DNA of 45,907 nt, from the IMG/VR virus record IMGVR_UViG_3300005336_000013, positions 1 through 45,907 of that record; one strand, 5' to 3'. Under the pieces are notes generated by a model. That model did no database searches. It was given only the letters and a program-made list of their open reading frames with translations, and was not told the origin of the DNA. This document shows positions 9,184 through 18,574 of the stretch, piece by piece (positions within the stretch are counted from its first letter, which is position 1; each line of letters starts with the position of its first letter). Made by a program: the position numbers and the translations under genes. This DNA comes from a virus.

Positions 9184-10413
9184 CTAGGTGATGGTGCTCG
9201 TGCCGAAGTAAATGTAGTTGAAGGTATAGACCTCGCCGTGCGTAGGCGTGATGCCGAATATCCAGGCCTGTGGACTGCCAAGGACAGCGACGGGAATGAC
9301 CGTCGGAGAGCTCCTGGCGGCGATCATGACGCCGCGGTGGCCGTCACCAATCAGGGTGCCGTCTCGGGGCGATGGGATGATCGTGGGGAACGCGCTGTAG
9401 GTGGTGCCGCCGGTAGAGATGGTAAAAGTGCCAGCCTGGTCAACCGCCCCAGCCGACACCGTCACGGCAGCCGTGGCGCCCCAGCCGCTGATGGTGAAAT
9501 AGCTGCTCCCGACCAGGTGAGAGCGATTGATGTTGAATCTCATGGCGCCGGTGTTGCTGTCGCCCTGGATCGAGCCCGTCACGCCCAAGGCGCCCGTGAC
9601 TGTCACCGTGTTGCCGAACTTGACGGTTCCGGTGTGATTGTAGTTTCCCGAGGTCCCGACAAGGGTGGCCGTGGCTCCAAAAGTCGCGCTGCCAGTGACG
9701 CCGAAGTTGGCCCCGGCCGTGAGGGTCGAGCCGAAATAGCCGGTCCCGGTGACGCCCAGGGCTCCATGGATCGTGACCGACTGACCGAAGAAGGCCCAGC
9801 CAGTCACTCCCAGGGCGCCGTTGATCGTGACCGTCGCACCGAAGATGGAGGCGATATTGGTGTTGACGCCCTCTGCGATTCCGACATTCAGGTCGGCGAT
9901 GTAGCCCTGGTTGGCCTGGTTGCCGTCCTGGATGATGGCGTCGTAAAACGCCGCCGTATCCGTGTAGAACCGGATCAGGCCATCGGTGTTGGACGTCACC
10001 ATGGAGTTCACATACAGGTCCGCGGCGCTGTCGTCGCGCTGGCGGATGACGGTAGCCGGGATGGTGTACGTCGCCGAGCCACCGGTGACGGTCGGCTGGG
10101 TGCTCCCGATCAGGAAGATTCTGTCGTTCTCGGTGACCGTCAGCGCAGCCCCCGACACCATGATGGAGTTCCCGCCCACCGCTGCCACCTGGCGGATGTT
10201 CGCTGTCTGGATGCCGGCCTGAATCCAGTTGTTCACAGCGAAGCGCGCGGCCACGACGGCTGAATCGAAGGTGATCGTCGTCCCGGTGGAGTCCTGGGCT
10301 GCATAGCCGCCCCGGGGAAAGACGAAAACGCGCCACGAGCTCTTGGGGCCAAGCAGCCCGGTCGTGCCGGAGGCTCCGGTGATGTTGAACTGAGTACCGG
10401 GGATCGTGCTCAT
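9184..10413 (-). CDS. Tail fibre-like protein with GxxGVTG repeats
   Basis: 409 aa. Central degenerate repeats: TINGALGVTGWAFFGQS, TIHGALGVTGTGYFGST, AGANFGVTGSATFGAT, TVTGALGVTGSIQGDS. Confidence 0.55.
   Translation of the reverse strand: MSTIPGTQFNITGASGTTGLLGPKSSWRVFVFPRGGYAAQDSTGTTITFDSAVVAARFAVNNWIQAGIQTANIRQVAAVGGNSIMVSGAALTVTENDRIFLIGSTQPTVTGGSATYTIPATVIRQRDDSAADLYVNSMVTSNTDGLIRFYTDTAAFYDAIIQDGNQANQGYIADLNVGIAEGVNTNIASIFGATVTINGALGVTGWAFFGQSVTIHGALGVTGTGYFGSTLTAGANFGVTGSATFGATATLVGTSGNYNHTGTVKFGNTVTVTGALGVTGSIQGDSNTGAMRFNINRSHLVGSSYFTISGWGATAAVTVSAGAVDQAGTFTISTGGTTYSAFPTIIPSPRDGTLIGDGHRGVMIAARSSPTVIPVAVLGSPQAWIFGITPTHGEVYTFNYIYFGTSTIT
9556..9840 (-). repeat. Degenerate tandem coding repeats (G-x-x-G-V-T-G class) inside the fibre gene
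   Basis: About aa 192-286 of the 409-aa protein contain four copies of a ~20-aa unit ending G(A/N)(L/F)GVTG. Confidence 0.6.
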
Positions 10414-10422
10414 TGTGGTCTC

Positions 10423-11127
10423 CTAGTACCAGTAGCCATAGGGCCCCATGGACCGAGAGCGATCCCCTGGCGCATTGACGTGGGCAGAGATTTCCCGGAA
10501 GGCGTCCTTCGCCTGTGAGAGCGCAACCTCGATGGGCATGGGCCTCCGCCTGGAAGACAGGCGCTTGCAGAACTCGAGCCACGCATAGGCCATGTACGCC
10601 TCGATCGCGTAGTCCGGAATCTCGATGACCTCATCAGGAACCATGGGCGCCGGCGTCACCCGATAGTAGTTGAACCGGGCCGTATACGCAGCCGGTGGAA
10701 TTCCGGCCCATCGAATCTGCCCCGTCTCGAACAGGTTGGGGAGCGTGTAAACGCTCGGCTGCTCGGTGAGGAGCAGGGAGTAAGCCTCCACGAAACGCTC
10801 ATAGGCGACGTACCCGATCTGGCGGTTCAGGGGCCCTCCGGAGCTGTCCGTGTAATGCATGGCCAGGGGCTTCTTGACCGCGCTACTGATCGTGGTGAAC
10901 GCGACATTCGGGGTCATCTCGAGATCCTCGTCCAGGATCTCCCAGGGCCAGAGGCCCTTGCGGTTCATGGTCCGGACGGCGGCCCGGAATGCATCTCCAG
11001 CGGTCGCCAAGACTGTCTCGTCGGACCCATCGATCGTCCGGGCCATTTCGCTGGTCACGTCCAGCAGCGTCCGGCGCCCGGTGGCCTGCGTGCCTGTCGC
11101 GACGACGATCCCGGAGATGGTCGGCAT
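10423..11127 (-). CDS. Head-tail adaptor / tail-tubular-A-like protein (by position)
   Basis: 234-aa ORF two genes downstream of the capsid gene and just upstream of the tail genes. The assignment is positional only. Confidence 0.35.
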   Translation of the reverse strand: MPTISGIVVATGTQATGRRTLLDVTSEMARTIDGSDETVLATAGDAFRAAVRTMNRKGLWPWEILDEDLEMTPNVAFTTISSAVKKPLAMHYTDSSGGPLNRQIGYVAYERFVEAYSLLLTEQPSVYTLPNLFETGQIRWAGIPPAAYTARFNYYRVTPAPMVPDEVIEIPDYAIEAYMAYAWLEFCKRLSSRRRPMPIEVALSQAKDAFREISAHVNAPGDRSRSMGPYGYWY

Positions 11128-11495
11128 CAGTGGACCACGATTCCCGGGAAGACCTCTCCCACGCCCAGGTCCTCGGTAATGCCCCGCATTTGCTCCTCGG
11201 TCAGGTATCGCATGGCCTTGCGGAAGGACTGCCTCCAGCCCGGCCGGTGCAGCTTCAGCCCCGCATAGATGGTGGCCGAGGTGACGTATCCCCGCGGGAA
11301 ACTCCCCAGGGTCACGTCCGGGATCTGCCGTTCTACCTTCCGGGTGCTCAGCTGGTCGCGCCAGGGAATGTCCCGGTAGCCCCGGCAGAGCGTGATGTAG
11401 CCGCCATTCTCCCGATAGTCCCGGACGTAGCAGTCCGGAACGTGGTTCTTGAAAGCCGAGATGATGTCTCCGAGATAAATCGATCCGTAGTACAT
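11127..11495 (-). CDS. Hypothetical structural-module protein
   Basis: 122-aa ORF directly after the capsid gene. One-nt overlap with the next start. Confidence 0.5.
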   Translation of the reverse strand: MYYGSIYLGDIISAFKNHVPDCYVRDYRENGGYITLCRGYRDIPWRDQLSTRKVERQIPDVTLGSFPRGYVTSATIYAGLKLHRPGWRQSFRKAMRYLTEEQMRGITEDLGVGEVFPGIVVH

Positions 11496-11512
11496 GGGTC
11501 CTCCGAACGGCC

Positions 11513-11533
11513 GGGGTGGCCCGTCACCACCCC
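11513..11533 (-). promoter_or_regulatory. Stem-loop just downstream of the major capsid gene (possible attenuator or RNA-stability element)
   Basis: GGGGTGG (11513-11519) pairs with CCACCCC (11527-11533) across a 7-nt loop. Lies in the 55-nt gap between the capsid gene stop and the next start. No clear U-tract. Confidence 0.35.
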
Positions 11534-11550
11534 AGCCATCCAGAAATTGA

Positions 11551-12654
11551 CTACAGGTTCCAACGCAGAGAGTCGTCGTCCTGAGTCAGGTTCTTGGCGC
11601 GGGTCGTCACGACCTTGATGATTTCCCCCGCCAGCGGGTTAAGAACGCCACCCGTGGCGTGGTACATCTTCCAGGTCAGGATGCCCATCAGGCCGTAAGG
11701 ATCGGCCTTGTCCGGCTTGCTCGGCGGGATGAAGTTCACGCTCGGCGTACCCCGTCCGGTCGCGTGGCTGATGGTCGCGCAGTATCCCTGCCCGACCACC
11801 GGGCACCGGACGATCTGGTCCGTGGTCGTGATGGTTCCGGGGAACTGGACGCTGACGTTCTCGTCCTCGATGACCCGGATCCCGAACACTTCTCCGATCA
11901 TCGCCTTCTCGAACTTGTCCTCGCCCCGCTGGGTCCCCTTCAGGGCGATGTCCTGGAAGGTGGCATCGGTTCGGAGGTCGCCGGCGATTTCCGGAGCGAT
12001 CAGGCAGTCGTAGGCGTTGCGAATGGACCCACTCCGGGGCTTGGCGCTGCGGCTGCGCATGTTGGTGTAGGCGGTGTTGAAGGTCTCCGCCGCGATGCGG
12101 TGCGAGGGGTTCGCTGCATCCAGAGTGGCTTCGGTGAGGGTCTGGCTGCCGTCTCCCCAGGTCACGTTGACCGAGATGGAGGCGCCGAAGTAGGTCACGC
12201 TCGGCACCGTCGCGCTGTTCGTGTTGCCGACGTTGCACACCATGATGTTGATGACGCGCTGGTCGAGCGTGTCCTTGGCGTTGTACAGGAACCGCTCGGT
12301 GAGGGTCGGAATCGGGTTCGGCTCGGACGTCATGATCGCCTGCTCGGTGATCTCGAGGTCGTTGCCGATGAGCTCCAATCCGTAGACGACCGAGTCCACG
12401 GTGAACGAACGGCCCTTCAGGCCGGCGGGAGTCATCCACCCCAGGAACTGGGAGATGCCAGTCACCTGCTTGGGGAACGAGTTGATGCGGTGGAACTCGA
12501 TAACGGTCCCGGAATTGGCCGGGATCACCTGCTTGTCGCAGAGATCCGTAGCCATGAGCTGGTTGTCCAGGATGTCGAGGAGCTGCTCTTTCCAGTAGTT
12601 CCGCAGGATGCCCTGGGGGCCGCCCGCGGTAGTCGTGAGGGTCAACTGAGCCAT
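11551..12654 (-). CDS. Major capsid protein (HK97-fold type)
   Basis: 367 aa, directly downstream of the scaffold-like gene and portal. Its size and the N-terminal MAQLTLTTTAGGPQGILRNYWKEQLLD... region resemble podovirus major capsid proteins as I remember them. Confidence 0.75.
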   Translation of the reverse strand: MAQLTLTTTAGGPQGILRNYWKEQLLDILDNQLMATDLCDKQVIPANSGTVIEFHRINSFPKQVTGISQFLGWMTPAGLKGRSFTVDSVVYGLELIGNDLEITEQAIMTSEPNPIPTLTERFLYNAKDTLDQRVINIMVCNVGNTNSATVPSVTYFGASISVNVTWGDGSQTLTEATLDAANPSHRIAAETFNTAYTNMRSRSAKPRSGSIRNAYDCLIAPEIAGDLRTDATFQDIALKGTQRGEDKFEKAMIGEVFGIRVIEDENVSVQFPGTITTTDQIVRCPVVGQGYCATISHATGRGTPSVNFIPPSKPDKADPYGLMGILTWKMYHATGGVLNPLAGEIIKVVTTRAKNLTQDDDSLRWNL

Positions 12655-12677
12655 GGATTACCTCATGAATGCGGGGC

Positions 12678-13613
12678 TCAGCGGTACTGCTCCACCGAGG
12701 CCCTGACGAGGGCCGAAATCGCTGCATCGCGCTCTTTCTGTGGCAGCTTGTGGAGATTCAGTTCCTTGGAGCCCGCAATCGGTTGTTTTCTGGGTGCAGT
12801 CGCAGGGGCCGACGCGGCCCGGGCGGCTTCTTTCTGGGTCTTCTGAATCGACTTCACGGCGTTCACAGTCTCGGCCCGCTGGGTTGCTCGCACGGCTTCG
12901 CGGGTCGTCTCCTGCCAACTCCGGTGCGCGAGTCGCAGGAAGCCATCGAGGCTCTGGTAGGCCACGGCCTGTTCTGCTGGCGTGAGAACCCTGGATCCGT
13001 CGGTCTGGATCCATCGTCCGAACTCTTCCTGCTCCTCGATGGTCATGTTCTTCTCATTGAGGAACCGGTTGAGCACGATGGCCTTGTCTTCATTGTCCTC
13101 GGCTTGCGCCGGGGGCGGAACGTAATTGGCAGAGGCGGGATTGAGGGTGCCCTGAATGTCCTGAATGACCTGGTCGACTTCGTCCTGGGTCACTCCCTCC
13201 TGGGTCTTGCTGCGCTGGAGTACCTGCCTGGCCCGATCGGCCGCGGCGGACTTGCGCAATAGGCGCTCCCGGAGGATGCGCTCATTCTCGGATGCCCGAT
13301 CCTGCATGGCTTTCCAGCGCGAGTCATCGAGCTTCTTGCGCTCGGCATCCTGCGCTTCGCGGTCGGCCAGCCTCTTTTTCAGCGATTCTAGATCGTCTTC
13401 CGCCGCCGGTGTTTCTGCTGGCTCATCGGCCGCTCCAGCAACAACCTCTGCTGGGGCCGATTCGGCAGCCTCCGGTGTCTCTGCTGGCGTCTCTTCTGCT
13501 GCTCCAGCAGTTACGGTCGTGGTCTGCGGCTGCTCGTTCTCGTCGAGATGGCCTTCGAGAACATCCTTCAGCGCCGCGGCCGCTTGTTCCTGAGTGATCT
13601 TTGGATCTGGCAT
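12678..13613 (-). CDS. Scaffolding protein
   Basis: 311 aa from ATG 13613 (AGAGAGG upstream). Acidic, Ala/Glu/Gln-rich, helical and low-complexity. Lies between the portal and capsid genes. The track start at 13733 would overlap the upstream gene. Confidence 0.65.
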   Translation of the reverse strand: MPDPKITQEQAAAALKDVLEGHLDENEQPQTTTVTAGAAEETPAETPEAAESAPAEVVAGAADEPAETPAAEDDLESLKKRLADREAQDAERKKLDDSRWKAMQDRASENERILRERLLRKSAAADRARQVLQRSKTQEGVTQDEVDQVIQDIQGTLNPASANYVPPPAQAEDNEDKAIVLNRFLNEKNMTIEEQEEFGRWIQTDGSRVLTPAEQAVAYQSLDGFLRLAHRSWQETTREAVRATQRAETVNAVKSIQKTQKEAARAASAPATAPRKQPIAGSKELNLHKLPQKERDAAISALVRASVEQYR

Positions 13614-13635
13614 GGCTTGCCTCTCTGGGGCCCGG

Positions 13636-13977
13636 CTATGCCGGTTGCTCCCGGTCATCTTGTTCCAGATTCGATGGCGAGGAATGGTAGAGGAACTCCA
13701 GCTTGCCCAATAACCATTGGAGTTCTCGATCACGCGCCAGCATCGATTTGGCTACCAAGGGGTCGCTCGGCTCCGGAACCATTTGCCGGCCCCCGATTCG
13801 TGCTTTGATGATACCGATTATCGCTTCATAAAGTGGGGCGTTGCCGCGCAACTGAAGTGCAAGGACCTCGTCTTCCTTGCTCAGCCTGTTCCGCAAAGAC
13901 GGTACGAGCTCGCGAACCATATCGGCCACGCGCCTCATCCCGCTCTCGGCGAACCTGGGAACAGTCATCCAATCCAC
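13636..13977 (-). CDS. Hypothetical protein
   Basis: 113-aa ORF between the HNH and scaffold genes. Short overlap with the HNH stop. Confidence 0.45.
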   Translation of the reverse strand: MDWMTVPRFAESGMRRVADMVRELVPSLRNRLSKEDEVLALQLRGNAPLYEAIIGIIKARIGGRQMVPEPSDPLVAKSMLARDRELQWLLGKLEFLYHSSPSNLEQDDREQPA

Positions 13978-14495
13978 CGCGCATCATGTTGGCGTTGGTC
14001 CTCGTGCGGACAATGGCCATTTCTGGCCCGCCCACGGTTGCAGTTGGAGCACAGGAGTCTCAGATCTCCGATGCGCCCTCGCACCACGTCTCTATAGAGG
14101 CTGTCCTGGCTGAATCCGGCAGTGTTCCGATGCTGCTGGCCGTTCCCAAGAACGTGATCTATTTCCAGAAAGGCCCTCTCGGACTCTCCACAGCAGGCGC
14201 ATTTGCCGCCCAGGGCCGCATAGGCAGCCAATCGTAGCCTTCTGAGATAATCCCTGGATCTGGCGTTATAGGCGCTTCTCTTGGATGGATCGGCCAACAA
14301 TTGGGCCCTTTGCGCCCGCCATGCCGCCCTTAGGATCTCTGGATGCTTTGCCCGGTAATCCCGAATGTAGGCATTCATGCAGGCTTTGCACCAGCTAGCA
14401 CTTCTTCCCTTGCGCCGCGGAGAGAACTCGGATCTTGGCAGAACCTGCAGGCACTTTGCGCACGGACGGTTCCATTTGTTGCCGACTGGCCTCAT
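13965..14495 (-). CDS. HNH endonuclease with N-terminal Zn-ribbon
   Basis: CACCGESERAFLEIDHVLGNGQQHRN...LLCSNCNRGRARNGHCPHE gives the HNH core. N-terminal CAKC...CKAC. Clear paralog of 28798..29433. Confidence 0.85.
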   Translation of the reverse strand: MRPVGNKWNRPCAKCLQVLPRSEFSPRRKGRSASWCKACMNAYIRDYRAKHPEILRAAWRAQRAQLLADPSKRSAYNARSRDYLRRLRLAAYAALGGKCACCGESERAFLEIDHVLGNGQQHRNTAGFSQDSLYRDVVRGRIGDLRLLCSNCNRGRARNGHCPHEDQRQHDARWIG

Positions 14496-14496
14496 G

Positions 14497-14691
14497 CTAT
14501 TCCTTCAGCTTTCTGAAAGCGTCACACAACTCCCTGATTTCCTCTGTCATGAGTCCGGAGTTGGACGCCATGGTGACGAACCCATCCACCGGGAGTCGCG
14601 AGAGCAGATCGCAGAGTCGGGATTGCATGTTCAACTCGTCGGCCATTGCCTCAGAGTCGGACTGGCGTGACTTCGTCTTCTTCGGCGGCAT
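14497..14691 (-). CDS. Hypothetical small protein
   Basis: 64-aa ORF filling the gap between the portal and HNH genes. Confidence 0.45.
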   Translation of the reverse strand: MPPKKTKSRQSDSEAMADELNMQSRLCDLLSRLPVDGFVTMASNSGLMTEEIRELCDAFRKLKE

Positions 14692-14701
14692 GTGATCTCC
14701 T

Positions 14702-16669
14702 CTAGGCGGCTTCGCCTGCCTGTTGTGCGGGGACTACCCCGCCTGTCCCGCCTCCGTTGGCCGGGTTACTGCGGCCCTTGGGGCCAGGTGGAGCGGCGCC
14801 ATTCCCATTGCCGGACGGCTTGATCGTGTTCGCGAGCCCGAGCGACTGCATGCGAGCGACGATCTCCTCGGGATCCTTGAGCATGAGATTCTCCAGGCCT
14901 TTGACCTGGAAGCCCTCGTCGCCCCAGCGCCGGATGAACTCGTTCCAATCCGTGCTGGCCATAGTGAAGGGGTTGGAGGCCAGCATGGTCGCCATGTCCC
15001 GGAACTGATTGGAAATCTGGCTGCGGGTGAGCATAGAACGCGCGCCCACGAAGGTGATATCCGAGACGGCGTCAATGTCGAAGTAGGACACCTCGGTAGT
15101 CTCGGACTCCCCCACCCGGCGGAATACCTTGGACTCGTCATCCAGGTTGCAGTAGTACAAGTCGTTGATCAGCCGGCCCTGGACCGGAAGCTCGTCGCGC
15201 TCGATGAGCACCGCCAGCTGGTCGGTGTTCTGCAGGGCCGCCTGCGTGACCGTGTTGGTCTCGGTCGCCGTGGTATCGCCCTGCTGCATGATTCCCTGGA
15301 CCGGGTCTCGGGCATTCATGGCGTTGCGCATCGTCTGCGACATCAGCCCCAAGGCCTGCACGGCAATCCCCAGCCCGGCGTAGTCCTTGGCAAGCGGGAT
15401 AAGCTGGCTCACATCGGCGCTTTGGGACGTGAACACCTCTCTGGGGCGGCGCGTCTCAAGCGTCCTGGCAAAGTCAGGCCCCCAGTCTCCCGAAACGACG
15501 TAGTTCTGATAGACCGATTCGATGAGCGCCTGGACCGTCAGGATGAGCTGGGTGTCGCTCACGTCCTGCAGGTACCTCACGATGGTCAGGGGTGACAGGC
15601 CGTAGATGCCCCTCCCTGTGGGGAGGATGGTGAAGACTCCCCCCTGGATCTGGCCGTTGCGCTGTGGCGATTGAATCGCCTGGATGCAGATCCCGTCGAT
15701 CATCTTGAGGACGACGCTTCCGCGCGAGTCGATGTCGCCGATCTTGTCTGCGACCTCCTTCGGGATGGTTCCCTCGAACATCCAGCCGCCATAGTACCCA
15801 TAGGCAGCAATGTCCTTGGTGTCTTCCTCGACCAGGTTATCCGTCAGCAGCTTCGGCGGATCGCTGCGGGAGTGGCTGGTGACGATTCGGCCGGAGGGCG
15901 GGCTCCTAAGGACCTGGGCAATACCCTCGCTGTCCCAGTTCTCATCGCCCTGAAGGCCCTGCAGCTCCTCGTCCCTCATCTGGAACAGTTTGCACTTCCA
16001 GTTGAGTTGGTCGAAACGATTCGCTGCTGGGTCGAACCATGTCTTGAACAGGTCGTCCGTCTCGATCACCGGGTCATCGAATACCGGGGCCATGACATTC
16101 TGCAGGATCGTCATGATGCCGCCGGTCTGCGGGTTGCGGACGAACTCGCCGGGAGTGAATGGGTCCGGCACTGGGAGCCTCCGGGGGACCAACCGGACCT
16201 CGTTCTTCCAGCGCGCCGAATAGGACCCCAGCCCAAAGATCAGGCTGTCCCCCAGGCATTCAAAGTTGGTCCGGAAGTTCCCAGGACGCTCCAGGCCGTA
16301 CATGACGAGCCGACTGACCCGCTTGGCCTTCTCGATATCCTCGTCTCCCACTGGATCGGCCTGAACGTAGTCCCGCGTCCCGAACAGGCCGGCCAGCAGG
16401 AGGGCACGAAGAGTGTTGACTCCCTGGTGAGATTCCGGGGTCTTCAGGAAGTTGATGGGAGACATCTCGAAGCGATTGGCGGTGCCGGAAGCCAGGGGAT
16501 ACTGCTTGCTATTCTGGCCGGTTCCATAGGTGCTCTCGACCCGGTAATTGCCCCAGTTCTCGTACCAGCCGGGCTCGAGCTCCTCTCGGACGGAGTTGGC
16601 CTGCTCAATGCAGTCGTCGATGAAGTCGCAGACGGCGGTGTCTCGTGGGCGATACCCGTAGTTAGCCAA
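14702..16669 (-). CDS. Portal protein
   Basis: 655-aa ORF upstream of the scaffold and capsid genes. Size and position are typical of a portal. Gly/Pro-rich, disordered-looking C-terminal tail. Confidence 0.7.
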   Translation of the reverse strand: MANYGYRPRDTAVCDFIDDCIEQANSVREELEPGWYENWGNYRVESTYGTGQNSKQYPLASGTANRFEMSPINFLKTPESHQGVNTLRALLLAGLFGTRDYVQADPVGDEDIEKAKRVSRLVMYGLERPGNFRTNFECLGDSLIFGLGSYSARWKNEVRLVPRRLPVPDPFTPGEFVRNPQTGGIMTILQNVMAPVFDDPVIETDDLFKTWFDPAANRFDQLNWKCKLFQMRDEELQGLQGDENWDSEGIAQVLRSPPSGRIVTSHSRSDPPKLLTDNLVEEDTKDIAAYGYYGGWMFEGTIPKEVADKIGDIDSRGSVVLKMIDGICIQAIQSPQRNGQIQGGVFTILPTGRGIYGLSPLTIVRYLQDVSDTQLILTVQALIESVYQNYVVSGDWGPDFARTLETRRPREVFTSQSADVSQLIPLAKDYAGLGIAVQALGLMSQTMRNAMNARDPVQGIMQQGDTTATETNTVTQAALQNTDQLAVLIERDELPVQGRLINDLYYCNLDDESKVFRRVGESETTEVSYFDIDAVSDITFVGARSMLTRSQISNQFRDMATMLASNPFTMASTDWNEFIRRWGDEGFQVKGLENLMLKDPEEIVARMQSLGLANTIKPSGNGNGAAPPGPKGRSNPANGGGTGGVVPAQQAGEAA

Positions 16670-17501
16670 TCGAGATCCTCTGGGAATCGGTCGTCTGCTT
16701 GCCGGCGAGCTCCATGGCCTTGCGGGCGCGGTAGTACGTCTCGACCTGGCGCAGCGCCAGGGTCTTCATGTGGTCGAACCAGACCTGCGGATGAACGGCC
16801 AGGACGAATGCGGCGCGGTTGCATTCCACGCTGAAGTTGACGTCCTCGCCGCCTCGGACCTTCCGGGACTCTTCGTGGGTGAAATAGAAGGGGGCATCGC
16901 CAACGCCATGCGGTCGGGGTGCGAAGACACGACGCCTGATGGCGAGTGCCCCCGTGCCAACAATCGGCACTCGGTAGGGCTGCTGGACCTCATCTCCCGG
17001 GATGGGCAGGTTGTAGCAGTGATGCTTGTCGTCCACGCCGTAGTTGTTCACCCGGAGCATGGCCTCCGGGTCCATGTTCCCCACCCAGACCGGAGTGAGG
17101 GCACTCACGACGTCGGCATCCTTCACGGTGCACAACTGCCAGAAGTTCTCGGGGACGACCTGGTCGTCATCGATCATCACCAGCCAGTCGCAGTCGGACT
17201 CTTCGAGAAAGGTTTTGACGATGCAGTTCCGGGCGTAATCGATCCCTCGCTTGCCGACCTCCATGTGGATCGTGAACCGGAATGGGCACTCCGGGGTTGC
17301 CGATGAGGCCATGGCACGCCCGAACAGCATGGCGATGGTGAAATTGACCTGACCGCTCTCGGTGGGGACGGCCAGGAAGATCCCGGGCTTGCGGTCTCCG
17401 TGGAGGGATTCCCTACGGGAACGGCGTTCGGCAATGTTGACGATGGGTGCTGGAGCTGTCGCTGAGAACCCTCGGGTTCTTTGATGCCGTACCTGCGCCA
17501 A
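16662..17501 (-). CDS. GT-A fold glycosyltransferase-like protein
   Basis: 279 aa. IFLAVPTESGQV..., then ARNCIVKTFLEESDCDWLVMIDDDQVVPENF, which reads as a DxD-type nucleotide-sugar-binding signature. TTG start at 17501. Overlaps the portal start by 8 nt. Confidence 0.55.
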   Translation of the reverse strand: MAQVRHQRTRGFSATAPAPIVNIAERRSRRESLHGDRKPGIFLAVPTESGQVNFTIAMLFGRAMASSATPECPFRFTIHMEVGKRGIDYARNCIVKTFLEESDCDWLVMIDDDQVVPENFWQLCTVKDADVVSALTPVWVGNMDPEAMLRVNNYGVDDKHHCYNLPIPGDEVQQPYRVPIVGTGALAIRRRVFAPRPHGVGDAPFYFTHEESRKVRGGEDVNFSVECNRAAFVLAVHPQVWFDHMKTLALRQVETYYRARKAMELAGKQTTDSQRISIG

Positions 17502-17735
17502 TCAGTCCCCCTGGAGGTAGCGGTTTGTCCGATTCTTTCCCTCTACGACATTCTTGCCGGCTGTCTGAACCCGGAGATCGCCCTTGCGCGCGCGCCGCTT
17601 GATCGCCTCTCGCCTCGCATCGGCCTCTTGGCCGAAGGCGCTGGTTCCGGGCTTGAATGGGTTCCTCGGGATGGGCTCGGCAGCCTTCTTCTCCGGCATA
17701 CCGCGCTTGCGGCGTCCGGTCAGGTCATTTGCCAC
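17502..17735 (-). CDS. Small basic protein
   Basis: GTG 17735 is preceded by GGGAGGA. Arg/Lys-rich, 77 aa. Overlaps the upstream stop with a GTGGCAAATGA junction. Confidence 0.4.
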   Translation of the reverse strand: MANDLTGRRKRGMPEKKAAEPIPRNPFKPGTSAFGQEADARREAIKRRARKGDLRVQTAGKNVVEGKNRTNRYLQGD

Positions 17736-17937
17736 GGGTAGATCCTCCCAATCGCTTGCGCTGTCGTTTCTGAACGCCCTTGGCGTAAGAGTACCGCTGA
17801 GCGCTTTCTTCGTCATCGACGTTCTTGAACATATCGTCCAGTAGCTTGCCCTGGCGATGGACCGCCATGTCAGAGATGTTCACTGGCGGCTTGATCCCGG
17901 CACGCTTGCGCCGGGTCCTCAGGGGGTCAAAGGCCAC
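17725..17937 (-). CDS. Small basic protein
   Basis: GTG 17937 overlaps the upstream stop (GTGGCCTTTGA junction). 70 aa, Arg/Lys-rich. Confidence 0.4.
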   Translation of the reverse strand: MAFDPLRTRRKRAGIKPPVNISDMAVHRQGKLLDDMFKNVDDEESAQRYSYAKGVQKRQRKRLGGSTRGK

Positions 17938-18157
17938 TTTTCCTGCCCACGGAGGCGAGCCCTGCCCTTCCGGCGCGCCCCAGCCTGCGGCCAGCGCCGC
18001 CAACGCGCGTCGGGGTGCCACCTCCGGCGATGACCCCGAATAGGCCCTTCTGCTTCGTAGTCAGGGGCCGGCCCTGGGCCGAGTCGTCAGCCAGCATCTT
18101 CCCGGCCTTGGCCTTGCTCGGGAACCCTCTGGATCTCCTGCCTGCCAGGAAGTCCAT
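17927..18157 (-). CDS. Small basic Gly/Arg-rich protein
   Basis: ATG 18157 overlaps the stop of 18157..18564 (TGATG). 76 aa. Confidence 0.4.
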   Translation of the reverse strand: MDFLAGRRSRGFPSKAKAGKMLADDSAQGRPLTTKQKGLFGVIAGGGTPTRVGGAGRRLGRAGRAGLASVGRKSGL

Positions 18158-18564
18158 CAGTTGTACTCCCCGGCGAAGAAGACGTTCGCCGTGTACCCGA
18201 TCGGATTGGCTCCGCTAGCGCTGCTGAAGCCAACGGCATAGGGCCGCGGGATGCCCTGGTTTTGGACCGCTCCGGAAACCCCGACATAGCTGACGAGCGG
18301 AATTGGGAAACTCCCAACCGTACTCACGGCGTCACGCTGGGCGATCAGGTAGGTGGCGCCTCCGACCCCGCCGAAGATCTTGACGCTGAAGGTTCCGGAA
18401 ACCCCCTGCGTGGTGGTCAAGGCAAACTGGCCAAAATTGAAGAATTTCGCCGGCACGGCATTCGTGCATCCCGTAAACATCGTTGAGGCGCCACCCTGCA
18501 GCGTCGTAACGCCCTGGGCGCCCGTGAATGCCAAACTACAGATCAGGCCGTTATAGTTAGCCAT
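18157..18564 (-). CDS. Beta-rich protein of unknown function (possible virion or decoration protein)
   Basis: 135 aa, Gly/Val/Thr/Ser-rich with beta-strand-like character. Sits between the terminase and portal genes. Confidence 0.45.
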   Translation of the reverse strand: MANYNGLICSLAFTGAQGVTTLQGGASTMFTGCTNAVPAKFFNFGQFALTTTQGVSGTFSVKIFGGVGGATYLIAQRDAVSTVGSFPIPLVSYVGVSGAVQNQGIPRPYAVGFSSASGANPIGYTANVFFAGEYN

Positions 18565-18574
18565 CGGCGCTCCC

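Noticed and set aside
8851-10263. 470-aa plus-strand ORF, together with the 380-aa minus-strand ORF 9440..10582, overlapping the fibre gene
   Set aside because: Both are extremely Arg/Gly/Asp/His/Pro-rich, as expected for off-frame or antisense reading of GC-rich coding DNA. They lie entirely within better-supported genes (7270..9183 and 9184..10413).
11639-12846. Long ORFs 11639..12727 (-) and 11659..12846 (+) across the capsid gene
   Set aside because: These are shadow frames of the major capsid gene with Arg/Pro/Gly/His-rich junk composition. The 367-aa frame has capsid-like sequence and proper coupling.
15671-16834. 387-aa plus-strand ORF antisense to the portal gene
   Set aside because: It has antisense shadow composition (Arg/Asp/Gly/Pro-rich) and no RBS context. 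The portal frame is far more protein-like.
17502-18157. Possible programmed frameshifts linking three overlapping ORFs
   Set aside because: Each downstream frame has its own GTG start a few nt before the upstream stop, one with a strong RBS. Separate coupled genes explain the pattern more simply.
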